This document shows positions 19,715 through 27,964 of a stretch of DNA of 64,000 nt, in pieces. Each line of letters begins with the position of its first letter. Positions within the stretch are counted from its first letter, which is position 1. Where the stretch lies: positions 18,753 to 82,752 of the forward strand of contig JADLGE010000071.1 in NCBI GenBank assembly GCA_020849475.1, read 5' to 3'. Position numbers and translations under genes: made by a program. This DNA comes from Gammaproteobacteria bacterium (GTDB lineage Bacteria > Pseudomonadota > Gammaproteobacteria > Ga0077536). The notes under the pieces were generated by a model. It saw nothing but the letters and a program-made list of their open reading frames with translations, made no database searches and had not been told where the DNA came from.

Positions 19715-20140
19715 TCAGGCTTGCTTCAGATCGCGCAGGAAAGTCGCGAGCTCTTCTTTCAAAGCCGGGTCGTCGTCGTGGGCGAGACTCCTCTCGGCCT
19801 GCGCGGCATAGGCCAGCGCGGCATCGAGGTCGTCGAGATCGCGATAGCGCTCGGCGATGGCGAGCTGTATCGAGGCGCGGCAATCGGACTGCTCGAGCTT
19901 GTCGGCCAGTTCCAGCGCCTGTTCGTAGATATCGATGGCGTCTTCGTCATCGAGCGTGAAGTCACCCAGAGATTCCAGGTAGAAAGGATGGGCGGTGCCG
20001 GCGGTCTGCGCTTCGGCGCACAGCGTTTCGAGTTCGGCATACTGCTTGCTGAAAGCGCGATCATCATCGCGTTCGACCGCATCGGTGAGGGCGTTCGCGA
20101 GCGACAGCACGCGGTCATAGAGTTTCATGTCGAGCGTCAT
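19715..20140 (-). CDS. Acidic helical (TPR-like) hypothetical protein
   Basis: 141 aa, Asp/Glu/Ala/Leu-rich, co-directional and 33 bp upstream of the D-aminoacylase gene. Confidence 0.5.
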   Translation of the reverse strand: MTLDMKLYDRVLSLANALTDAVERDDDRAFSKQYAELETLCAEAQTAGTAHPFYLESLGDFTLDDEDAIDIYEQALELADKLEQSDCRASIQLAIAERYRDLDDLDAALAYAAQAERSLAHDDDPALKEELATFLRDLKQA

Positions 20141-20386
20141 GGCGGGTATCCGTGCTGATGAGGGCAGGCGTCGCGGGATGGCGGGCGGGTGCTGGGCATC
20201 GCGCGTCGGCCGGGGCTTTGATTATCGGCCGGGGCCACGGTCGCGGCAATCGCGGCTATCATCGCCCCATCGCGTTCAAGCGGACTTGCGGGGCCGAGAG
20301 CGCGGCGGCGGGCGGCAAACCGGCCAGTACTTGAGCCGCGTGCGCGGCAATCCCTGTGGATGGAATCAGCAATAAAGGAAAGCAGC

Positions 20387-21229
20387 ATGCAGCTCAGCGG
20401 CAAGACCATCGTCATCACCGGCGCCAACAGCGGCATCGGCCTTGAAACCGGCCGCGAGCTCGCGCGCGGCGGTGCAACCGTGGTGATGGCCTGTCGCGAT
20501 CTCGCGCGCGCCAAGGCCGCGCGCGCCGACATTGCCGCGAGCGTGCCGGGCGCGAAGCTCGAACTGGTGTCGCTCGATCTCGCTTCGCTCGCTTCGGTGC
20601 GCGCCTGCGCCGACACCATCAAGAACCAATGGCCACGCATCGATGTGCTCATCAACAACGCCGGCCTCTTTCCGTTCAAAAAGCAGCTGACGGACGACGG
20701 CTTCGAGATGCAGTTCGGTGTGAATCACCTCGCGCACTTCCTGCTGACGCAGAGCCTCATGCCGGCATTGCTGGCCGCCGGCCGTCCACGCGTGGTGAAT
20801 GTCGCCTCGATGATGCATCACCTCGGCAAGCTCGACTTCGACAGCTTTCGTGGTGAGAAACCCTACGGCCCGCTCAAGGCCTATGCGCAATCGAAACTGT
20901 GCAATGTGCTGTTCGCGCGCGAACTGGCGCGGCGTCACGCCGGCGATGGTCTTCTGAGCTGGAGTCTGCATCCCGGCCCGGTAGGCACCAACATCATGGG
21001 TCGCGGCCTCGTCAATCGCACCCTCTATCGCCTGATCGGCGCCTACATGAGCGCCAAGCGTGGTGCTCGCACCAGCGTGTATCTCGCCTCCGCCGATAAC
21101 ATCGAGGGCACGAGTGGCGCCTACTACGACGAATTCCTGAAAGTGAAGCCGGGCTCGAAGCTGTCCCAGGACACGGCGCTGGCAGCGAGGCTGTGGCAGG
21201 CCAGTGAGAGCCTGGTGGCCGGGGCGTAG
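20387..21229 (+). CDS. Short-chain dehydrogenase/reductase (SDR)
   Basis: Start ATG 20387 after AAGGAAAG; TGANSGIG Rossmann motif, YAQSK catalytic motif. Confidence 0.88.
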   Translation: MQLSGKTIVITGANSGIGLETGRELARGGATVVMACRDLARAKAARADIAASVPGAKLELVSLDLASLASVRACADTIKNQWPRIDVLINNAGLFPFKKQLTDDGFEMQFGVNHLAHFLLTQSLMPALLAAGRPRVVNVASMMHHLGKLDFDSFRGEKPYGPLKAYAQSKLCNVLFARELARRHAGDGLLSWSLHPGPVGTNIMGRGLVNRTLYRLIGAYMSAKRGARTSVYLASADNIEGTSGAYYDEFLKVKPGSKLSQDTALAARLWQASESLVAGA

Positions 21230-21314
21230 GGCGCAATCCATGCGGGCAAGCCGACACCCCGCAGTAGGTTAAGCGTCATCACAAACCCGATAGACTGCCG
21301 ACCCGAGAGCAGGC

Positions 21315-22130
21315 TTGCCAAGCTTGCCGATGAAAGAGAGTCGAACACGAATGCTCTGGCAGCGAGAGATGCATCACCATGCGGATGGAGGCCGAGTGCT
21401 TCACGTCGCGCTGCCGGAAGGCTATGGGTCGCGTGCCGAGCCCTACCCGATGCTGGTGTGCCTCGATGCACAATGGACGCTCGGCACCGTGTGCGACGCG
21501 GCATTGAACCTCGGGCTCGCGCGGCTGCTGCCGAGGGTGATAGTCGTCGGTGTGGGCTGGGCAGCGCACACCGCTCGCGAGGTGGTGCATGCGCGGGCAC
21601 GGGACTTCACGCCGACGGTGGGGGCGCTGCCAGCCGCCGTCGTGCGTAACATGGCGGGCGCGCCGGTATTCGGCGAGGCGGCGCAGTTTCAGCGCTGGCT
21701 GCTGGACGATGCGCTGCCCGGCATCGAGTCGACGTATAACATCGATGTCACGCAACGCACGCTGATTGGCCATTCCCTGTCAGGCCTCTTTGCCCTCTAC
21801 ACGCTGCTCACGCAGCCACAGGCGTTTTCGCGCTGGCTCATCGCGAGCCCGTCGTCATGGTGGGACAAGCGCGCGGTATTCGAGCTCGAACAGCATAATC
21901 TCGCCCATGGACCGACGCTCGCAGGGCGCGTGTTCCTGTCCGCGGGTGAACTCGAGCAATGTATCGGCGGCGAGATTCCGATGCTGGCCAATACCGAGGA
22001 GTTTCATGCCCGGCTCGCGATGCGACGCTCCGAGTCGTTCGACACGGCGTTGCGCATCATGCCGGGTGAAATCCATCACTCGACCATGCCGGCCGCCGTC
22101 AGCCACGGGCTGCGCTGGCTGTTTAGCTGA
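21315..22130 (+). CDS. Alpha/beta hydrolase (putative esterase family)
   Basis: GHSLSG nucleophile-elbow motif. Confidence 0.75.
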   Translation: MPSLPMKESRTRMLWQREMHHHADGGRVLHVALPEGYGSRAEPYPMLVCLDAQWTLGTVCDAALNLGLARLLPRVIVVGVGWAAHTAREVVHARARDFTPTVGALPAAVVRNMAGAPVFGEAAQFQRWLLDDALPGIESTYNIDVTQRTLIGHSLSGLFALYTLLTQPQAFSRWLIASPSSWWDKRAVFELEQHNLAHGPTLAGRVFLSAGELEQCIGGEIPMLANTEEFHARLAMRRSESFDTALRIMPGEIHHSTMPAAVSHGLRWLFS

Positions 22131-22255
22131 GGCGCGCCGTCAGGTTCTTGTGTCGTACAGGGCGGATCGCGCTCGCCGTATGGATACGGGATGGGTAGCA
22201 TGTCGCCCTTCATTCAATGCCGAACGCGGCAACGGTTCTCGAAAGGAGACAGGGC

Positions 22256-23446
22256 ATGACAGGACGAATGGGTTTCGGCATCTTTCTCGCGCCATTTCAT
22301 CGCGCCGGGGAAAATCCCACGCTGGCCATCGAGCGCGATCTCGAACTGGTCAAGCATCTCGACGGGCTGGGTTACGACGAGGCCTGGGTCGGCGAGCACC
22401 ATTCCGCCGGCACCGAGATCATCGCCTCTCCTGAGATCTTCATCGCCGCCGCCGCCGAGAGGACCAAACATATCCGCCTCGGCACCGGCGTCATCAGCGT
22501 CGGCTACCACAATCCGCTGTGGGTCGCCGAGCGCATCGTACAGCTCGATCACATGACCCGCGGCCGCTTCATGTTCGGCGCCGGCCCGGGCTCGCTGCCG
22601 ACCGACGCGCACATGATCGGTATCGAACAGTCGGAGACGCGCGACCTGCTCGAGCAGGGCTTCGACATCATCATGCACCTGCTCACCAGCGAAGAACCCA
22701 TCACCTTCAAGAACAGCCGCTGGGATCTGCGCGACGCGCAGCTGCATCTGCGTCCCTATTCGCAGCCGCTGTTCGACTGCGCGGTGGCGGCAGTCGCATC
22801 GCCATCGGGTGCGCGCCTGGCCGGCAAGCACGGTGTGGGCCTGTTGTCGCTGGGCGCGACCATGCAGGCTGGCTTCGACGCCCTCGCGCTGCACTGGAAC
22901 GTGATGGAGCAGCGCGCCGCGCAGTTCGGCAAGGTCGCCGACCGCGCCAAGTGGCGCCTGGTCGGCATGGTGCATTGCGCGGAAACGCGCGAGCAGGCGC
23001 GTGCCGACGTGCATTACGGCATCGCCCACTGGTTCCGCTATTTCCAGACCGTGGCGGGCTTGCCGCACATGGCACTGGAGGGCAACGAAGTCGATGAAAT
23101 GATCGACTATCTCATCGACTCCGGCAGCGGCTGCATCGGCACACCGGATGACGTGCGCGATCAGATCCAGCGGCTCTACGACCAGTCCAACGGCGGCTTC
23201 GGCACCTTTCTCATGCTCGCCCATGAATGGGCCAACACCCAGGCCACGCGGCGCAGCTATGAACTCATCGCCAAATACGTGATGCCGCAATTCCAGGGCC
23301 AGTCGCGCGGCACGCTGAACGCCGTCGATTACGCGCGCAATCTGCGCGAGAAGCTGCGCACCGAGCAGCAGGCGGCGCTCGACGCGATGACCGCCAAACA
23401 CACGGCGGAAATGCAGGCGCTGGAGAAGAAGAAGTCGGGCGGCTGA
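22256..23446 (+). CDS. LLM-class (luciferase-like) flavin-dependent monooxygenase/oxidoreductase
   Basis: Start ATG 22256 after AAAGGAG; luciferase-like TIM-barrel signatures. Confidence 0.85.
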   Translation: MTGRMGFGIFLAPFHRAGENPTLAIERDLELVKHLDGLGYDEAWVGEHHSAGTEIIASPEIFIAAAAERTKHIRLGTGVISVGYHNPLWVAERIVQLDHMTRGRFMFGAGPGSLPTDAHMIGIEQSETRDLLEQGFDIIMHLLTSEEPITFKNSRWDLRDAQLHLRPYSQPLFDCAVAAVASPSGARLAGKHGVGLLSLGATMQAGFDALALHWNVMEQRAAQFGKVADRAKWRLVGMVHCAETREQARADVHYGIAHWFRYFQTVAGLPHMALEGNEVDEMIDYLIDSGSGCIGTPDDVRDQIQRLYDQSNGGFGTFLMLAHEWANTQATRRSYELIAKYVMPQFQGQSRGTLNAVDYARNLREKLRTEQQAALDAMTAKHTAEMQALEKKKSGG

Positions 23447-23625
23447 GGGCGGCGGCGGTCGGGATTGAATCCGCGCGAGTCGCTCACTATGCTCGCAAAC
23501 AGTGTTTTCCCTGCTGGTCATGACTGCACGAACCCTGGCCATTTCTTAATGGCAAACTTCAGTACGGCCATGCAGGGGAACACCTCCCCCTTGCCCACCC
23601 GTCAGATCGGTTCTGGAGCACCTGC

Positions 23626-24519
23626 GTGAAGCACCCGGCGCGCGCGCTCATGGCGCTCGTCGTCATGTCGCTGCTGTGGGGCTATGGCTGGACGGCCATC
23701 AAGATAGGCCTGCTCGACGCGCCGCCGTTCAAGCTGACGGCGGTGCGCATGCTGGCGAGCGCGCTGTGCCTCATGGCGCTGCTGCCGCTGACCGGCAGGC
23801 CGCTGGCGCCACAACGGCTGCCGGAACTCACGCGCCTGGCGCTGGTGCAAACTTCGCTGCTGTTCACGCTGTCGACCTGGGCGGTCGCCCATGGCAGCGC
23901 CGGTCGTGTCGCCTTCATGGTCTACACCATGCCCTTCTTCACCCTGTTGCTGGCGTGGCCGCTGCTCGGCGAGCGTGTGCGCGGCGCGCAGTGGCTGGCG
24001 GTGGTGCTGGCCGCGGCGGGCCTCGTCGCGATCATTCAACCGTGGGCGCTGGGCGACACACTCGCGAGCAGCGTGCTCGGACTCGGCGGCGGCATGGCGT
24101 GGGCGGTGGGCGCCATCCTGGTGAAGCGGCTGCAGCGGCGTGCGCCAATGGACCTGTTATGCATGACGGCCTGGCAGATGCTGCTCGGTTGCGTGCCGCT
24201 CATGATCATCGCGCTGTGGGTGGATGAGCCCGCCATCGTGTGGTCGCCGCGATTCATCGGCATCCTCACCTTGATGGCGGTGGTGATCACGGCTTTCGGC
24301 TGGATGCTGTGGATGTATGCGCTCGACAACCTCGATACCGGCACTGCGGGACTCGCCACGCTCCTCACCCCCACCATCGCGATGGTCAGCTCGCACTACA
24401 CCTTTGGCGAACAGCCCGGCAGGCTCGAACTGCTCGGCATGGGTTTGATCACGCTGGCCTTGCTCAGTTTGAGCGGGCAGGGCTTGTGGAAACGCCGGGC
24501 CGCAATGGCGGCACTTTGA
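23626..24519 (+). CDS. DMT superfamily (EamA-like) transporter
   Basis: GTG start 7 nt after GGAG; ~10 predicted TM helices; two EamA-like repeats. Confidence 0.85.
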   Translation: MKHPARALMALVVMSLLWGYGWTAIKIGLLDAPPFKLTAVRMLASALCLMALLPLTGRPLAPQRLPELTRLALVQTSLLFTLSTWAVAHGSAGRVAFMVYTMPFFTLLLAWPLLGERVRGAQWLAVVLAAAGLVAIIQPWALGDTLASSVLGLGGGMAWAVGAILVKRLQRRAPMDLLCMTAWQMLLGCVPLMIIALWVDEPAIVWSPRFIGILTLMAVVITAFGWMLWMYALDNLDTGTAGLATLLTPTIAMVSSHYTFGEQPGRLELLGMGLITLALLSLSGQGLWKRRAAMAAL

Positions 24520-24682
24520 GGCGCGGCCTGCGCCGCTTGCGGGGCCGCACCACGGCGGCATGACGAAGTGTGACGGACAGGGCATTTAAAACCATCAATA
24601 CCTCAACATTGCTGGGCCAATTATCCGCAGCCTGCGCCGCTATTGGTGGGAGGCGCTGACCATACGCAAGACCGTCGGCCCG

Positions 24683-24699
24683 CGTTCCTTCGAGGAACG
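24683..24699. promoter_or_regulatory. 17-bp perfect palindrome CGTTCCTTCGAGGAACG ~70 bp upstream of MHYT sensor gene
   Basis: Read directly; candidate operator site. Confidence 0.3.
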
Positions 24700-24768
24700 G
24701 CATTTCCCGCCTGTTGCCACGCCCCCCCAAACCAGGGGACTCATTCCACCCCCGCTTGGAATCTCCCC

Positions 24769-26022
24769 ATGTTCCGCGTTGTCGATTGCATTGCCCTCCA
24801 ACATGACCGCTCGCTATTGGTCATTGCCGGGCTCATCTGTCTGTTTGGTTCGGTGGCGACGGTGTTGTCCGCGCGCCGCCTCGATTCCCGTCACCACGCC
24901 TGGCGCTGGCGCGCGCTGGTCGCGGTGTGCGTGTCGTCCACGGTGTGGGCCACGCATTTCCTCGCCATGCTGGCCTACCGGCCGACCTTGTCGGTGGCGT
25001 TCGATCTGCCACAGACCGTGCTCTCGTATTTCATTGGTCTCATGGTGATGGGGCCGGCCCTGGTCAGCGCACGCTGCGTGCAGGGCCTGTGGTTACGGAT
25101 GCTGTGCGGCGTGGTGTTCGGCGCGGGCGTGGCGCTCATGCACTACCTTGGCATGGCGGCGGTGCAGGTCGCGGGCTTGCTGAGCTACGACGCGCCGCAG
25201 GTGGCGCTGTCGGTGATCTTGAGTTGCGCCGGCGGCGCCATGACGGTCAGCGCCCTGTTCGGGCCGCGCACCGCGAGCCGACGCCTGCTCGCCATCTTCG
25301 CGCTGGCGCTGACCATCCTCGCGCTGCATTTCACCGGCATGAGCGCTGTGAGCGTCAGTCTGAATTCCTTGCTGGCGCACACTGACAGCGCGCTGTCACG
25401 CCAGCTGCTGGTGATTGAAACCTGCATGGCCGCCGCCGCCGTGCTCGGCATCACACTGCTCGGCGCGCAGTTCGACGAGCACATGGCGCGCGCCCTGCGT
25501 GAAGAAGCGGCGCGTTTCCGCACGCTCGCCGACGGAGCCTTCGAAGGTCTCATCATCCACCGCGACGATACCATCGTCGATTACAACGCGGTGGCCTGCA
25601 CCCTGCTCGGCCACAGCACCTTGAACATGCCGTTCGCGTCGTTATTTCCCGATGGCCTCTTGCATGAGAGCGCGAACACCGCGGTCAAGACCGCCATGCA
25701 GCATCGCGATGGTCATCACATCGCGGTCGAGATCAATCGTCGGCCGATACACACCCGCACCCATGAATGGGCCGAGCTGGTGGCAATACGCGACCTCACC
25801 GCACAGCAGGCGGTCGAAGGCAAACTCGCCGAGGCCATGGAAAACCTCGGCGCCCTGCGCGCGCTGATCCCGATGTGCGCCTGGTGCAAACGCGTGCGCG
25901 ATGATGAAGGCTACTGGAACGCCGTCGATCACTATCTCAAGGAAGTGACCGGCAATGAGATCACTCATGGCATCTGCCCGACCTGCAGCGACAAGGAATT
26001 GGCGAGGCTCGGCCGTGGCTAG
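24769..26022 (+). CDS. Membrane MHYT-domain sensor with cytoplasmic PAS domain and C-terminal CxxC-x29-(H)GxCPxC module
   Basis: Three MHYT-like helices (ATHFLAML, MHYLGMAA, LHFTGMSA); PAS-like region; C-terminus IPMCAWCKRVRDDEGYWNAVDHYLKEVTGNEITHGICPTCSDKE; no GGDEF/EAL/HisKA/HTH. Confidence 0.8.
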   Translation: MFRVVDCIALQHDRSLLVIAGLICLFGSVATVLSARRLDSRHHAWRWRALVAVCVSSTVWATHFLAMLAYRPTLSVAFDLPQTVLSYFIGLMVMGPALVSARCVQGLWLRMLCGVVFGAGVALMHYLGMAAVQVAGLLSYDAPQVALSVILSCAGGAMTVSALFGPRTASRRLLAIFALALTILALHFTGMSAVSVSLNSLLAHTDSALSRQLLVIETCMAAAAVLGITLLGAQFDEHMARALREEAARFRTLADGAFEGLIIHRDDTIVDYNAVACTLLGHSTLNMPFASLFPDGLLHESANTAVKTAMQHRDGHHIAVEINRRPIHTRTHEWAELVAIRDLTAQQAVEGKLAEAMENLGALRALIPMCAWCKRVRDDEGYWNAVDHYLKEVTGNEITHGICPTCSDKELARLGRG

Positions 26023-26425
26023 CCCGGTGGTGCAGCACTCTGCGGACGGCGCTGAGTTCGGCTATGTCATCGACCGGCAGGCCGGTGTGCTGCGACAGAC
26101 CTGGCGCGGCACCGTGAGCAGTGGCGACGTCGGTGATTTCTGGAGGCAGCTGTTCCACGATCACCACACCCTCGCCCTCAGCCGGCACCTGGATGACCTG
26201 CGCGACTGCCGCTTCATGTTTTCCGGCAACGAGTGGCTGGAACTGGTGAAGAACTTCCTGGCGCCGGCGCCGCCCCATGCACGCTGGAAGGCGGCGTTCG
26301 TGGTCAACAGCTCGGAGATGTACGGGGTGCTGCGGCAGTTCATCGCCTATGCGGGGGATTTGGTCGAGGGCGAGATTTTTTATGAGATGGAGAGTGCGGA
26401 GGCGTGGTTGAGAGGGGAAGATTGA
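26015..26425 (+). CDS. Hypothetical protein translationally coupled to the MHYT sensor
   Basis: ORF in +1 frame relative to sensor; GTG at 26015 overlaps sensor stop (26020-26022) by 8 nt; ~136 aa, no recognised domain. Confidence 0.5.
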   Translation: MASPVVQHSADGAEFGYVIDRQAGVLRQTWRGTVSSGDVGDFWRQLFHDHHTLALSRHLDDLRDCRFMFSGNEWLELVKNFLAPAPPHARWKAAFVVNSSEMYGVLRQFIAYAGDLVEGEIFYEMESAEAWLRGED

Positions 26426-26475
26426 GTTGCCCGACAGGGTTGATTCGCCCGCGCTTGGGCGCGTGCTTTTAGGTA

Positions 26476-26552
26476 TGGCGCGCCCGACAGGATTCGAACC
26501 TGTGACCTCTGCCTTCGGAGGGCAGCACTCTATCCAGCTGAGCTACGGGCGC
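26476..26552 (-). tRNA. tRNA-Arg (anticodon CCG)
   Basis: Reverse complement gives GCGCCCGTAGCTCAGCTGGATAGAGTGCTGCCCTCCGAAGGCAGAGGTCACAGGTTCGAATCCTGTCGGGCGCGCCA; cloverleaf with 7-bp acceptor stem, T-loop GGTTCGAATCC, anticodon loop CT-CCG-AA, encoded CCA. Confidence 0.9.
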
Positions 26553-26845
26553 TTTGTGAGGCGTAAAGTATAACGGCATTCAGTGCTGTCGGTCGGCCCG
26601 ACAGGATTGATTCGCCCGCGCTCGAGCGCGTGCTCACCCCTGCGGGGCGTCGGCGCGCTGCGCCTCCGTCCAACATCGCTGCGCGATGTTGTCGAACCTG
26701 AGACCTCTGCCTTCGCCGGAAAGCACTCTATCGGGCTTGAGCGACGGGCGCTTTGTGAGGCGTGAAGTACAACGGCATTCAGTGCTGTCGGTCGGCCCGA
26801 CAGGATTGATTCGCCCACGCCTGGGCGCGTGCTCACCCCTGACCA
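26553..26845. repeat. ~190-bp tandem duplication downstream of tRNA-Arg containing a decayed tRNA copy
   Basis: Unit gggcgctttgtgaggcgtRaagtaYaacggcattcagtgctgtcggtcggcccgacaggattgattcgccc...gcgcgtgctcacccctg occurs at 26545-26640 and 26744-26842; a third partial copy lies at 26428-26470. Confidence 0.85.
26688..26751 (-). pseudogene. Degenerate tRNA-Arg fragment (pseudo-tRNA)
   Basis: gttgtcgaacctgagacctctgccttcgccggaaagcactctatcgggcttgagcgacgggcgc aligns with the functional tRNA at 26493-26552 but anticodon arm and D-arm are disrupted. Confidence 0.55.
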
Positions 26846-26986
26846 TGTATCCGCCACCCACACCCAATCCCCTGAGAAGCCTAGTGAATCAGTTCGATTT
26901 GGCTATAATGCCGGCGGCCCGCGTTCGGCAGGAATGCGCGGCATAAGAACAAATCTGGCGCTTGCCTCTTCCTTCGAGAGACCAAA

Positions 26987-27871
26987 ATGAGCAATCAACA
27001 AGACGACTCGGTGTTCGTTAGAAATTTCTCCCTGGTGCTGCTGTTCCTGGTGGTGGTGGGCTTGACGGCCTTCGTATCGGCCAAGTTCGTCAACGGCGGC
27101 GCGCAGGATGAATACGGACCGAGAGGCAATGAAGCGGCCAATGTCGCGCCGGTAGGCGCGGTCAACACCGGCGGCGACGCGGTCGCCGTCGAAGGCGCCA
27201 AGACCGGCGCCGAAGTCGCCAGCACCGCCGCGCCGGCGGCCGCTGCGAGCAGCGACCCGGGCAAATCCACCTACGACAGCGTGTGCTTCGCCTGCCATGC
27301 GCAGGGCATCGCCGGCGCGCCCAAGTACGGCGATGTGGCAGCCTGGGAAAGCCGCGTCGCGCAGGGCCATGACACCCTGGTGCAGCACGCCCTCGCCGGC
27401 TTCACCGGCCAGGCCGGCATGATGCCGGCACGCGGCGGCAACCCGACCCTGACCGACGCCCAGGTCACGGCCGCGGTGGAATACATGATGGCCGCCGTCG
27501 GTGGCAAGAAGGATGGCGCCACAGCGCCGGCCGCGGCCCCCGCCGCCGAGCCTGCCGCCGCCGCACCAGCGGCTGCACCGGCCGCCGATGCCGCCGCAGC
27601 GCCGGCCGTGGCCGATGCGGGCAAGGGCAAGGCCACTTACGATGCGGTGTGCTTCGTGTGCCATACCCCGGGCGCCGCCGGCGCACCGAAGTTCGGCGAC
27701 AAGGCCGCCTGGGAGCCGCGCATCGCCAAGGGCATCGACGTCCTGCATGGCAGCGCCATCAACGGCTTCATGGGCAGCGCCGGCATGATGCCGCCCAAGG
27801 GTGGCCGTCCGGATCTGGCAGACGCGGATATCAAGGCCGCGGTCGACTACATGGTCGAAGCCGCCAAGTAA
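26987..27871 (+). CDS. Membrane-anchored diheme c-type cytochrome (cytochrome c5-like)
   Basis: N-terminal TM anchor, two CxxCH motifs (CFACH, CFVCH), Ala/Pro-rich linkers. Confidence 0.85.
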   Translation: MSNQQDDSVFVRNFSLVLLFLVVVGLTAFVSAKFVNGGAQDEYGPRGNEAANVAPVGAVNTGGDAVAVEGAKTGAEVASTAAPAAAASSDPGKSTYDSVCFACHAQGIAGAPKYGDVAAWESRVAQGHDTLVQHALAGFTGQAGMMPARGGNPTLTDAQVTAAVEYMMAAVGGKKDGATAPAAAPAAEPAAAAPAAAPAADAAAAPAVADAGKGKATYDAVCFVCHTPGAAGAPKFGDKAAWEPRIAKGIDVLHGSAINGFMGSAGMMPPKGGRPDLADADIKAAVDYMVEAAK

Positions 27872-27882
27872 GCTGCAACGAA

Positions 27883-27937
27883 AGAGGCCCTGCCCATCAC
27901 GCTGCGTGCGGCGTGATGGGCAGGGCCTCTTTTTTTG
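27883..27937. terminator. Bidirectional rho-independent terminator between convergent cytochrome c and uvrD
   Basis: agaggccctgcccatcac...gtgatgggcagggcctct 18-bp stem followed by ttttttt. Confidence 0.75.
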
Positions 27938-27964
27938 TGCGACGTTTTTGCGCTTGTGCCGCGC

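Noticed and set aside
18933-19811. 292-aa plus-strand ORF
   Set aside because: It is antisense to the D-aminoacylase gene.
22214-23542. 442-aa minus-strand ORF
   Set aside because: It is antisense to the LLM monooxygenase gene.
26428-26845. Possible CRISPR array
   Set aside because: The repeat units are ~190 bp and tRNA-derived with no short unique spacers. There are no cas genes.
26543-26946. Several small ORFs (60-106 aa) with repeated GRINPVGPTDSTECR peptides
   Set aside because: They are translation artefacts of the tandem tRNA-derived DNA repeat and are not independent genes.
26476-27000. Genomic island or prophage integrated at tRNA-Arg
   Set aside because: No integrase, phage or mobility genes are nearby. 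Downstream genes are core (cytochrome c, uvrD, pmbA).
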